DNA of 50,846 nt from IMG/VR virus record IMGVR_UViG_3300018063_000007, positions 1-50,846 of that record; one strand, written 5' to 3'. Each line of letters begins with the position of its first letter. Position 1 is the stretch's first letter. This DNA is from a virus. Lineage: Duplodnaviria > Caudoviricetes. Positions 1 through 7,731 of the stretch are shown piece after piece. The translations under genes were made by a program, and so were the position numbers. The notes under the pieces were generated by a model. The model was not told the DNA's origin and searched no databases. It saw nothing but the letters and a program-made list of their open reading frames with translations.

Positions 1-123
1 CAATCTCCCCCATCGGCACGTTCTCGCTCACGGCCTTTCGCACCCGTCGTGCCAGCTCCAACGTCTCCCGGTCGCGGGTGTTCAACAGCCCCAGCTCCAA
101 CCTCCGTCGAAACGCTAGTGCTA
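1..123. repeat. 123-bp terminal direct repeat, left copy (circular assembly overlap)
   Basis: Identical to 50724-50846. Confidence 0.97.
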
Positions 124-154
124 TCGTCCCCGGCCCACCTGCAATCTTTGCCAT
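1..154 (-). CDS. 5' part of putative terminase small subunit; continues across the circular join into 50272-50723
   Basis: ATG at 154 reads MAKIAGGPGTIALAFRRR in frame into LELGLLNTRD of ORF 50272..50823. Confidence 0.7.
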   Translation of the reverse strand, partial: MAKIAGGPGTIALAFRRRLELGLLNTRDRETLELARRVRKAVSENVPMGEI

Positions 155-163
155 CGCCCACCA

Positions 164-192
164 GCCCTATATCAAATACCGTTCTATTGCAA
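164..192 (-). promoter_or_regulatory. Possible sigma70-like promoter for the packaging genes
   Basis: TTGCAA-N17-TAGGGC just upstream of ATG 154. Confidence 0.3.
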
Positions 193-373
193 GCCCATAG
201 CCGCGCGCCACGAGTTTACAGAAACTAGCCAAGATCGCTAACATCCGCATAACCATCGGCGGCCCGACGAATGCCCAACAATAACGCACACTAGAGTGAC
301 ACCATATATACAGGGCCTAGGGGAGGTGCGTGGGGGCCATGCCACCTAGCATGGCAGATGATGTGATGAGCAT

Positions 374-389
374 AGCAACTATCGTGCCA
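374..389 (-). promoter_or_regulatory. Sigma54 (-24/-12) type promoter facing the virion arm
   Basis: TGGCACGATAGTTGCT matches the TGGCACG-N4-TTGCW consensus, in the non-coding divergence region. Confidence 0.65.
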
Positions 390-417
390 TGTGATGCACA
401 TAAGGATGTGCGCGCTG

Positions 418-515
418 GCTATGTGTACACTTCATGTGTACATATCATCATCATGTTGTGTGTACACGTGTGAGACCCTGTGTCATAACAACACATATGT
501 AACAATGCACATAGC
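418..515. repeat. Cluster of TGTGTACA repeats bounded by an inverted repeat (operator, enhancer, origin or pac candidate)
   Basis: TGTGTACA at 422, 435 and 459; GCTATGTG (418-425) pairs with CACATAGC (508-515). Confidence 0.6.
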
Positions 516-710
516 GGCTATGGTCCTTAGCGCTTAGCATGTCAGTAGGATGGCAGCATCTTGCCGCTTGGCATGATTGTGACGATCGGGGGCTTTACCT
601 AGTGTTGACGATGTGTTATCGTGCGCCAATGGGCTGGATTGGGCGTTGCAGCGTTGCAATTGTGACAGGTATGCACGATGACTGATGTTGTGTTTTCGAG
701 GTGTTGCGCT

Positions 711-726
711 CGGCGCGGGGATTGCA
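711..726 (+). promoter_or_regulatory. Possible sigma54-type promoter, early arm
   Basis: CGGCGCGGGGATTGCA has GG-N10-GC spacing with TTGCA. Confidence 0.35.
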
Positions 727-738
727 ATGGGGAGCGGC

Positions 739-960
739 ATGACCGACAACACGAGTACGAGTACGAGCGCTCTCGCTGAGCGCTACACCACGGCGTGTAA
801 GGACGCCTCGCGGCATCCTGACCCACGGGAGCGGAGCATCGCGCGCACCGTGGCAAGAGGATTGCATGCGGTGATGCGGGAGCGGGGGCTAGCGGGAGAC
901 GGGGACGTGGCGATAGGTGGACCGCATTGGTTGACGTACAACGAAGGGAGCATGACATGA
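739..960 (+). CDS. Hypothetical early protein
   Basis: GGGGAG before ATG 739; ATGA overlap with the next gene. Confidence 0.45.
   Translation: MTDNTSTSTSALAERYTTACKDASRHPDPRERSIARTVARGLHAVMRERGLAGDGDVAIGGPHWLTYNEGSMT
851..866 (+). promoter_or_regulatory. Sigma54-type promoter, early arm
   Basis: TGGCAAGAGGATTGCA has GG-N10-GC spacing. Confidence 0.45.
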
Positions 961-1241
961 GCTACTACCGCGTTAGAGTAAGCAAGGTTCGCGTCATCGG
1001 CCAGATTTGGCAGCCTGGCTTTACGTGCGCGCAAACCTACACTCTTAGTGCCAATGATGAGCACAACATCGGGGAACCGACTCGCGAGAACGTCGAGGAT
1101 TGGCTAAGCACCCATGCTGGTGACTTCTCGCACATTCAAGACTTTGAGGCCGATATCGGAGATGCGGTGCTTATCCCGTGGGCGGACCCAGATAGCGAAT
1201 GCGTCTACAATGATTGCATGTGTCCGAACGAGGAGGAGTAA
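957..1241 (+). CDS. Hypothetical acidic early protein
   Basis: GGGAG SD; ATG 957; part of a coupled gene chain. Confidence 0.7.
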   Translation: MSYYRVRVSKVRVIGQIWQPGFTCAQTYTLSANDEHNIGEPTRENVEDWLSTHAGDFSHIQDFEADIGDAVLIPWADPDSECVYNDCMCPNEEE

Positions 1242-1246
1242 ACGAC

Positions 1247-1447
1247 ATGAGCGACGATCGAGGCTACAAGGTGGTTCGCACCTACTTCCGAGGCGGGAAG
1301 CGCACCATCATCGCGCGCTGTACACTCGCGGAGGCGCAGGCGCACTGCGACGACCCCGAGACTAGCTCGTCAACGTGTACGAGCGCGACGGGGAAGACGC
1401 GAACGAGGCGCATGGGGGCGTGGTTTGATGGGTACGAGACACGCTAG
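1247..1447 (+). CDS. Small conserved phage early protein (EAQAHCxDPETSS...WFDGY type)
   Basis: GAGGAG SD; motif recognised from other phage early regions. Confidence 0.75.
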   Translation: MSDDRGYKVVRTYFRGGKRTIIARCTLAEAQAHCDDPETSSSTCTSATGKTRTRRMGAWFDGYETR

Positions 1448-1467
1448 GCAACGAGGAGGGAACGACC

Positions 1468-1647
1468 ATGCAATACAAGTGGGGTAGTCCTTACGATTGG
1501 CTTGCTGAAAAGGCGAGGGACTGGGGCGAGTGTGAGTTGTACAGCGTACTCATCACCCTCGCCGCACAAGTAGATAGCGACATGCTACAAGACTTGTTCC
1601 AAGCCGAGATGGACCGAGACGGGTACTTCAAAAAGGTGCGACGATGA
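1468..1647 (+). CDS. Hypothetical 59-aa protein, paralog of 2317..2511
   Basis: Hand-translated MQYKWGSPYDWL...LQDLFQAEMDRDGYF; GAGGAGG SD; absent from the ORF track. Confidence 0.8.
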   Translation: MQYKWGSPYDWLAEKARDWGECELYSVLITLAAQVDSDMLQDLFQAEMDRDGYFKKVRR

Positions 1648-1973
1648 CCAAACGTGATTTCCTAGACCGCCAGCACTTCGTCGAGGTGCTGTGCGAGGTG
1701 GGAGTGCCCGAGCATGACGCAGCGCTGGTGCTTCGCCACGCGGCCACGCTGCAACGGCTGGCCGCCGAGCGGTGCAACCGGGAGTTGACGCGGGTAGAGG
1801 AGAAGCGCGACGAGAGTAGCGAGCGGCGGATCAGGGAGTTGTGCGAGCCGTACCGCGTGAGGGTGCTCACGAGTGGCGACCCTCGCGGCAGCGTTGTGAC
1901 GCTGATGCTCCCGAACGGGTACACGGATAACTTCGCAGGGGATGGCGTTTATGTACCGACGCCGAGGTACTAA
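1644..1973 (+). CDS. Hypothetical phage protein with GDPRG motif
   Basis: ATGA overlap; ERCN...GDPRG pattern. Confidence 0.75.
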   Translation: MTKRDFLDRQHFVEVLCEVGVPEHDAALVLRHAATLQRLAAERCNRELTRVEEKRDESSERRIRELCEPYRVRVLTSGDPRGSVVTLMLPNGYTDNFAGDGVYVPTPRY

Positions 1974-1974
1974 C

Positions 1975-2151
1975 GTGGACAAGCAATGGACGTTTGAGAT
2001 TGTAGGGCGCAAGGTTGGTGCAATCGGTATCTGCTATCCGATCACGCTGACGGTAGAGGCACCGACCTACGATGAAGCAGTGTTGAGAATGAACGACACG
2101 CATGAGCATATCTCAGTGAAATCATACACAGTAAGAGAGCCGTCGCCATGA
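1975..2151 (+). CDS. Hypothetical protein (GRKVGAIG motif)
   Basis: GAGG SD before GTG 1975. Confidence 0.6.
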   Translation: MDKQWTFEIVGRKVGAIGICYPITLTVEAPTYDEAVLRMNDTHEHISVKSYTVREPSP

Positions 2152-2324
2152 CCTGCCGTCGCTGTCACGCCCCCATCGATGAGCGCTACCGCTTCGACAC
2201 ATGTTCACGGTGCTCCATCGAGAGTGTCAACGAGGCGTGCGAGGAGTGGCAGGAGGCGAAGAAGGTCGCGGCGTATGAGCGGATTAGGGCGATGCGGGAG
2301 CGACAGGAGGTGGAACGTGAGTGA
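2148..2324 (+). CDS. Small CxxC/CxxC zinc-ribbon protein
   Basis: Hand-translated MTCRRCH...TCSRC; overlaps both neighbours. Confidence 0.6.
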   Translation: MTCRRCHAPIDERYRFDTCSRCSIESVNEACEEWQEAKKVAAYERIRAMRERQEVERE

Positions 2325-2511
2325 CTACAAGTGGGAGAGCCCCTTTGATTGGCTCGTGGACAAAATGCATGAGTGGAGCCCCGAGAGAATCGCGTACACG
2401 TTGCGCCAAGTTGCAGCAATGGTGTCAAGCGACGACCTACAGGACCTTTTGCAAGTCGAGATGGACGCGGATGGCTACTTCGACAAGCAGGAAGGGGGGC
2501 GGCATGGCTAA
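2317..2511 (+). CDS. Hypothetical 64-aa protein, paralog of 1468..1647
   Basis: AGGAGG SD, GTG start; YKWESPFDWL...LQDLLQVEMDADGYF. Confidence 0.8.
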   Translation: MSDYKWESPFDWLVDKMHEWSPERIAYTLRQVAAMVSSDDLQDLLQVEMDADGYFDKQEGGRHG

Positions 2512-2719
2512 ACGTCTAACAGTCGATGAAGCAGTAAAGGCTTTATTTGGCGCTTTCAAGCAAGGTGTTCGTGCATATTACTTAGGAGAGACATCGTTTT
2601 GCACAACCTGCGGCGCCCCCGAGGGCTGGTGCTCCCCCGAGTGTGAGGTACGCACGCGGGCGATGGACGGGGACGACGAGCCGCCGGACTACCCACCGAG
2701 AAGGAAGGTGACGACATGA
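2504..2719 (+). CDS. Hypothetical Cys-containing protein
   Basis: ATG 2504 after GGGGG; coupled to neighbours. Confidence 0.55.
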   Translation: MAKRLTVDEAVKALFGAFKQGVRAYYLGETSFCTTCGAPEGWCSPECEVRTRAMDGDDEPPDYPPRRKVTT

Positions 2720-2880
2720 CCAAGCCGATGTTCTATGACTGTGGTTGCTGTGGGGCTTACCACCCCGCCGACTACGACGGCGACTGCCGCGAGGATCCCA
2801 TGCGCTATCTGGGGGACGACCTCGACACGCTGTATGGTCCTGATGGTTGGGTTGAGGTTGACCCCGTGGAGGTGGTATGA
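2716..2880 (+). CDS. Small Zn-binding protein, paralog of 3020..3208
   Basis: Hand-translated MTKPMFYDCGCCGAYH...DGDC...GPDGWVEVDP. Confidence 0.75.
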   Translation: MTKPMFYDCGCCGAYHPADYDGDCREDPMRYLGDDLDTLYGPDGWVEVDPVEVV

Positions 2881-3023
2881 CACGCGATGAGTTAGAGCAG
2901 AAGGTCTTTGAATTACTCGTTAAGTTCTTGGAAGCACACCCGGAACATATCATTAAGCGTATCGATGTGGATTGTGGCGGTGTTGAGCCTTACGTAAACG
3001 TACACGTAGGTATGCGCCCATGA
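2877..3023 (+). CDS. Hypothetical 48-aa protein
   Basis: GGAGG SD; ATGA overlaps at both ends. Confidence 0.55.
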   Translation: MTRDELEQKVFELLVKFLEAHPEHIIKRIDVDCGGVEPYVNVHVGMRP

Positions 3024-3208
3024 CCCACTCCCCGAGGATTACCACGAGCAAACCAATGTTCTACAACTGCGGTATCTGTGGCTATTATCATCTTACCAGC
3101 TACGACGGGGATTGCCATAACGATGACGCACGGTGGAGTGCAGGTGAGCTTGACGACAAGCACGGGCCTGACGGGTGGGCAGAGGTTGACCCTGTAGGGG
3201 TGGTATGA
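3020..3208 (+). CDS. Small Zn-binding protein, paralog of 2716..2880
   Basis: KPMFYNCGICGYYH...DGDC...GPDGWAEVDP. Confidence 0.75.
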   Translation: MTHSPRITTSKPMFYNCGICGYYHLTSYDGDCHNDDARWSAGELDDKHGPDGWAEVDPVGVV

Positions 3209-3456
3209 CCCACTCCCCCCTCTACTACGTCGCCAAGGCTGCCATGCTCAACGATGGCGTACGCATTATCATTGAGAGGCTAGAACAATGGGAGTTTGAG
3301 GATTATCCTGATAAGGATAGAGCTATTACACAAGCACTTCGAGGGTTGCTGTGGCGGGCGACTGCGTATGCAGAGCGTGAGCACGGCGACCACCGAACCG
3401 CCCCCTTCGAGCCCCTCGTGCAGCTAGGCCATATCCCTCCGTTCGTGAAATTGTGA
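3205..3456 (+). CDS. Hypothetical protein
   Basis: ATGA overlap; first 14 nt identical to those of gene 3020. Confidence 0.65.
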   Translation: MTHSPLYYVAKAAMLNDGVRIIIERLEQWEFEDYPDKDRAITQALRGLLWRATAYAEREHGDHRTAPFEPLVQLGHIPPFVKL

Positions 3457-3869
3457 GCAACTCTCACCCACATGGTGGAGACCACGGTAACGCCCTTGAC
3501 GCACAGTGCGTCCCTGAGACACTCCTACCTATTCAGCTAGTTCCTACACGCGAACAGTCAGGCGAAATGGCCCTTCTATGGGCAATCCTCGAACGTGCAT
3601 TTCTCGATCTACACCCCAGCGAACGCGAGCCCGGTTCGCGCCCATGGCGTGAAGACGAGGCCCACCGCGCAGACGCTTTGCGCTTCCTTACGACGGGGTG
3701 CGTCATCCAAGGTGGCATTAGCCTCTGCGATGCGTTCGACCTCGATCCAGAGTATGTGGCTCGGCTCGCGAAGCGTGCGCATTCGCAACAATCGTGGCCC
3801 GTGAGCCGTGGGCGCCCCAATCGCCCACAGCGTGTCAGACGCACGCAAATCAACGGAGTCTTAGCGTGA
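3453..3869 (+). CDS. Helical hypothetical protein of the PxxLLPxQ...GExxLxxAxLExA...CxxxxxDPxY family
   Basis: PETLLPIQL, GEMALLWAILERA, LCDAFDLDPEYV. Confidence 0.65.
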   Translation: MSNSHPHGGDHGNALDAQCVPETLLPIQLVPTREQSGEMALLWAILERAFLDLHPSEREPGSRPWREDEAHRADALRFLTTGCVIQGGISLCDAFDLDPEYVARLAKRAHSQQSWPVSRGRPNRPQRVRRTQINGVLA

Positions 3870-3998
3870 TAGGTTCCGAACCTCTGCGTCGCTCTCAGGC
3901 CAAACCTGTGCGTTCTAAGGCCACTCTGTGGCTGGTCCTCGCCATCCTAGGCTGGATGGTCTGTGTGTTCCTCCAGCATTGTCACGACCCCTTTTAAC

Positions 3999-4026
3999 TT
4001 GACAATCTGCCTCGTAAGCCTATCCT
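3999..4026 (+). promoter_or_regulatory. Sigma70-like promoter for the replication/recombination genes
   Basis: TTGACA-N16-TATCCT in an intergenic gap. Confidence 0.55.
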
Positions 4027-4129
4027 TGGGACGTGCGGCATAGCGCGAGCGGCCATGCCGCCATGTACCCGGTAGGGAGAGGCGAAATAGATCACAGCTA
4101 TTGCCATGTTTAGGTGCCCAGCATAACAT

Positions 4130-4495
4130 ATGGCAGATAGGTCGAAGTGGTTCGCCTACGACAATCCAAAGTCATGGGCTAGGTGGCAGGAGCGCCCTAC
4201 TAACTTTTGGGCGCACTGCCGAGCCACAGGTCAATGCCCTGGTTGCGGGCATAGAGAAGCAGCCCTCAGCCGGGCTTATTGCTTAATCTGCGTGAAGAAG
4301 CGTGTCTTGCAGTACTGGAATCGTAAGTTTTACGAGCTGGGCCGGCATGGTAGTAGGGTCTTTCACGTGAGGCGCATTCTCAACCCACCTAGCTTGCACA
4401 AGCGGCGAGCGCTGCGCCAACTCAAACGTCGGCTCAAGGCTGCTGGTATTGTATTACCGCCACGTTCTCGCAAGTCTGCACGGCAGACCACATGA
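4130..4495 (+). CDS. Basic Cys-rich putative Zn-binding nucleic-acid-binding protein
   Basis: CxxxGxCPGC...YCLIC and an Arg/Lys-rich C-terminus. Confidence 0.6.
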   Translation: MADRSKWFAYDNPKSWARWQERPTNFWAHCRATGQCPGCGHREAALSRAYCLICVKKRVLQYWNRKFYELGRHGSRVFHVRRILNPPSLHKRRALRQLKRRLKAAGIVLPPRSRKSARQTT

Positions 4496-4541
4496 CAAAC
4501 ACTGAGGTATCGATGGCACGTAAGGTGCTACGAAGGTGAGC

Positions 4542-4709
4542 ATGGCACCGATCACCGTTCGTGACCTCGCCGAGCGCATCGCTGACGTGGTGATGGCCCT
4601 CGAAGACATCCCCATGCACTGGCCCCAGCGGAGCGCCGTGAGCACGCAATGTAACACACTGCGCACCATCGTGGCCGTGTTAGGGGGCGAGGTGAGCGAT
4701 GTCGAGTAG
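4542..4709 (+). CDS. Hypothetical 55-aa protein
   Basis: Hand-translated MAPITVRDLAERIAD; overlaps the nuclease start. Confidence 0.5.
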   Translation: MAPITVRDLAERIADVVMALEDIPMHWPQRSAVSTQCNTLRTIVAVLGGEVSDVE

Positions 4710-5694
4710 CGGTACGGGCACGAGTTTCAATGATTCGTTCAAAGCGTGCATGCAACTCGGCTACCTACACCACGTGCGCGGTATGCGCAAGCGTGGTGAG
4801 ACCTTCGCCCCTCCACTCGTTGTGGGCGAGGCTGCCCACAAGTACGCTGAGACGATCTTCAAAGGCTGGATCGCCGGGCTGACCAGCAAGCCGGAGATGT
4901 TACGCGAGGAGGCCGAAGCACAGTTTGACGCTATTGTCAAGCCGTACTACGATCAGGCTGCTGGCGACGATCTGCTCTACGCGAAACTCAACAAACGTGT
5001 AACCTCGGCTCGCAACGTGTTGCGTATTTGGCGTGACCTCCAGTGGGCACGTCTTGAAGCACACGTCGACATCCCCATTGCGGCCGAGAAAGACATACTC
5101 GTTGAGTTTCCTGCTGAGACGCGCTATGGGCCGATCGCCCCTCACTTACGGCCCTTTACTGGCCGCATCGACCTCGTGGTCGAACGCCGAGACGGGCTTG
5201 ACGCCGTGACGCGACTTGGTGTAACAATCAGGGACATCAAGACCAGCTCAGCAAACGACTTGAAGGGCATGCTCGCCAACCACTACCGCTCAGACCAGCA
5301 TCTCGGATACGCCTTTGGGTGGAATCTCGAACATCCGTACGTGCCCGACAACCAATGTACGCAAGTTGAATATGAGGGCATGCGCTTCGCCGATTGCGCG
5401 ATCAACGACAAGTCATTTTGTAACCTTCGTCGGCCCGTACGCCAATCGCAACTCGACAATTGGTACGAGCGTACAATGGCGCTCCGGGCTCGGCTGTCGC
5501 GGATGTGGCCCGAGCCTACGGTGTTCGACGTCCGTGAGGCGTGGGAGCAAAACAACACGAATACTGGCCCATGCGAGAACTTCTGGGGTAAGTGCGAGTT
5601 TTGGGACTTGTGCGAAAATCCTGGTGACACCGACGCCATTGGGCCAGTGGGCTCAGGCGCTCCGTTTGAGGAGCATGGGCCGGTGCTTGCATGA
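4699..5694 (+). CDS. PD-(D/E)XK (Cas4/RecB-like) exonuclease, probably Fe-S
   Basis: N-terminal Cys, GEAAH, GRIDLV, IRDIKTSS, C-terminal CENFWGKCEFWDLC. Confidence 0.85.
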   Translation: MSSSGTGTSFNDSFKACMQLGYLHHVRGMRKRGETFAPPLVVGEAAHKYAETIFKGWIAGLTSKPEMLREEAEAQFDAIVKPYYDQAAGDDLLYAKLNKRVTSARNVLRIWRDLQWARLEAHVDIPIAAEKDILVEFPAETRYGPIAPHLRPFTGRIDLVVERRDGLDAVTRLGVTIRDIKTSSANDLKGMLANHYRSDQHLGYAFGWNLEHPYVPDNQCTQVEYEGMRFADCAINDKSFCNLRRPVRQSQLDNWYERTMALRARLSRMWPEPTVFDVREAWEQNNTNTGPCENFWGKCEFWDLCENPGDTDAIGPVGSGAPFEEHGPVLA

Positions 5695-5840
5695 CCCGCA
5701 CAATCGAGCTAGACTGTGGCCACACGTTCACTCATCAACCCAAACCACGCCAACGGGCGCGCGTAGCATACTTCTGCAAACAATGCAAGGGTGTGCGGTA
5801 TGCGAAAGCGGTGAAGGAAGGGAGTATCTATGTCCGTTAG
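5691..5840 (+). CDS. Small zinc-ribbon protein
   Basis: Hand-translated LDCGH...FCKQC, ending YVR*. Confidence 0.6.
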   Translation: MTRTIELDCGHTFTHQPKPRQRARVAYFCKQCKGVRYAKAVKEGSIYVR

Positions 5841-6114
5841 GGAGTTTCTTAAGATGTTTCGGCTTGTGGTCAGACGAAAGCATGTTAAGTGGAAGATTAA
5901 GGACGGAGAAATACGAACAGTGTCAAGAAACGAATGTCCATTGACGTTCTTATCTAAACGTGAAGACCTGTGGGGGTGCTTGTTTACCCGCCCGCTAGGA
6001 CCTAGGCTTGGCCTTAACGCAAAGGACACCTCTGCTATCATGGCCGCCGCTGACTACGAATGTGGTAGCCTTAGACGAAGCCTTCTTCGTATAGTAGCCC
6101 CTTATGTCCGTTAG
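5830..6114 (+). CDS. Basic hypothetical protein, family copy 1
   Basis: MSVREF...KW...CP...AAD...LR..LL.IVAPYVR; paralog of 6104 and 9118. Confidence 0.75.
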   Translation: MSVREFLKMFRLVVRRKHVKWKIKDGEIRTVSRNECPLTFLSKREDLWGCLFTRPLGPRLGLNAKDTSAIMAAADYECGSLRRSLLRIVAPYVR

Positions 6115-6385
6115 GGAATTCATGAAAGCGTTTGAAAGAAAGCTGAAGACGCACAATAAGCTAAAGTGGCAGGTAAGCGCATATATTAGGGGGTACGCAA
6201 CTGACCAACACAGACAATACTGCCCAATAGAGTTTGTGGCCGGTGTAGAGGGCGCCTACTTAGCTGGCGAGTCGATTTTGCGGCTGAGAAAATCTTCTGC
6301 TTACAGTATCATCGACGCTGCTGATGGTAAGCCAGGCCGTATTCGAAATCAACTCCTTAAGATCGTGGCCCCCTATGTCAGATAG
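6104..6385 (+). CDS. Basic hypothetical protein, family copy 2
   Basis: MSVREF...CPIEFV...DAAD...IVAPYVR. Confidence 0.75.
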   Translation: MSVREFMKAFERKLKTHNKLKWQVSAYIRGYATDQHRQYCPIEFVAGVEGAYLAGESILRLRKSSAYSIIDAADGKPGRIRNQLLKIVAPYVR

Positions 6386-7292
6386 CACGACCGTTGGCGC
6401 CCGCCCCCTCGCAACAGCCTACGACCCTTCGCGATTTACGCTAGGGCTCTACGCTCGTAATGGTGTAGGCAAGACCGCTGGTGCAGCGTCCTTCTGCGGC
6501 GGCGAGGCCGGTAAGGGCCTGGTGCTGAACATCGAGGCTGGCGTTGTGAACGACGCTGGGGGCGCAACTACGATCCAACACCTCGCCGGCATCTACGACC
6601 ACGTAACCCAAGACGACTTCTCTATGCTCGATGTGCGTGACTGGCAGGACGCCGAGAATCAGATCCGCTGGCTCCAGCGTGAGGCGCCCAATCTCGTCGA
6701 GGATGGCTTTACCACTCTCATCATGGACTCGGGCACCGATAGCGTGCAACTTCTCAAACGTGCCCTCACCCGCATCAACCCCGCGAACCTCAAAGGTAAC
6801 GTCGACAAGCATGGTCAAGAGGACTCCGCGAAGAAGAACCACAAACGCGCCCTTGTGCCTTGGATCGACGGCAAGCCCGGTCGTGGCATGGAATTTGACG
6901 ACTGGGAATACATTGCCGACTCGTTCTTCTTCGTGATCGCCACGCTTAAGGGGCTACCGTTCAGGCTTATTGTGACGTTCACCGAAGGTGAGGGGTACGA
7001 CGAGAACACCGGCATGAAGATGGGCTATGGCCCTAGCACCGAGGGCCAGAAGATCGGGAAGTCGATCATGGGGAAGTTCAACGCATTCTTTCATTGTCGG
7101 GTGGCGGAGACAGGTCAGCACATGTGGTTGACGCAAAACACCGTGGGCGCAACCGACTCGCTGGGCGATCCCTACTGGGCCAAGCATCGGTATGGATTGA
7201 AGCTCGATCGGCTGGAGCCCGCTAATGGTTTGGCGTTGATGAAGAAGATTGGGGTGCTCAAGTGCCCGCGCACAGAGGAGGAGGAGGCGTGA
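6375..7292 (+). CDS. Sak4-like / AAA_24 P-loop ATPase (single-strand annealing recombinase)
   Basis: Walker A YARNGVGKT, Walker B TLIMDSGT, late WAKHR; lies between exonuclease and SSB; start MSDSTT inferred at 6375. Confidence 0.8.
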   Translation: MSDSTTVGARPLATAYDPSRFTLGLYARNGVGKTAGAASFCGGEAGKGLVLNIEAGVVNDAGGATTIQHLAGIYDHVTQDDFSMLDVRDWQDAENQIRWLQREAPNLVEDGFTTLIMDSGTDSVQLLKRALTRINPANLKGNVDKHGQEDSAKKNHKRALVPWIDGKPGRGMEFDDWEYIADSFFFVIATLKGLPFRLIVTFTEGEGYDENTGMKMGYGPSTEGQKIGKSIMGKFNAFFHCRVAETGQHMWLTQNTVGATDSLGDPYWAKHRYGLKLDRLEPANGLALMKKIGVLKCPRTEEEEA

Positions 7293-7510
7293 CCATCTGG
7301 AATATTTATGGTTTTGATGCTGGCCCACACGGCGATCAGGCTTATATTGAGGCGGCGACTTTAGAAGAGGCGTTCAATGTCTTAGAGGAATGTATCAAGA
7401 ACGTGGACGATCGCTCAGATACAGTATGGAAGCCTACTCCACGCGAGGAGTGGAGAGGGGTATCAGAAACACGTCCTTTAGTATCTGTCCTCGGGGCTGG
7501 CTGCCGATGA
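7289..7510 (+). CDS. Hypothetical protein
   Basis: GGAGG SD, GTGA overlap. Confidence 0.6.
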   Translation: MTIWNIYGFDAGPHGDQAYIEAATLEEAFNVLEECIKNVDDRSDTVWKPTPREEWRGVSETRPLVSVLGAGCR

Positions 7511-7731
7511 CCGTCGACGACCGCGTTGCCCTTGCAACCATCACCGCTATGGTTCACACTATCCTGCAACGCCTGAACGTTTCGCGTGAGGAAGTCGGCG
7601 CCAATATGCGCGCCGCCTTCGATTTGTGGGGCGTCACCACAGCCGAGAATGTGGCACCCGACCACGAGCACGTGGCGGAAGAGCCCTCCGTTGGACAAGC
7701 GATAGAGGGTAAAGGAGAGGTGACAGACTGA
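7507..7731 (+). CDS. Hypothetical protein
   Basis: ATGA overlap; TGATG junction with the SSB gene. Confidence 0.55.
   Translation: MTVDDRVALATITAMVHTILQRLNVSREEVGANMRAAFDLWGVTTAENVAPDHEHVAEEPSVGQAIEGKGEVTD

Noticed and set aside
1-123. Terminal repeat as attL/attR or as physical genome ends
   Set aside because: It falls inside a reading frame that continues across the join, and no integrase or host DNA is present
4699-5694. Cas4-like protein as evidence of a CRISPR system
   Set aside because: No array or other cas genes; the context is an exonuclease/Sak4/SSB recombination module
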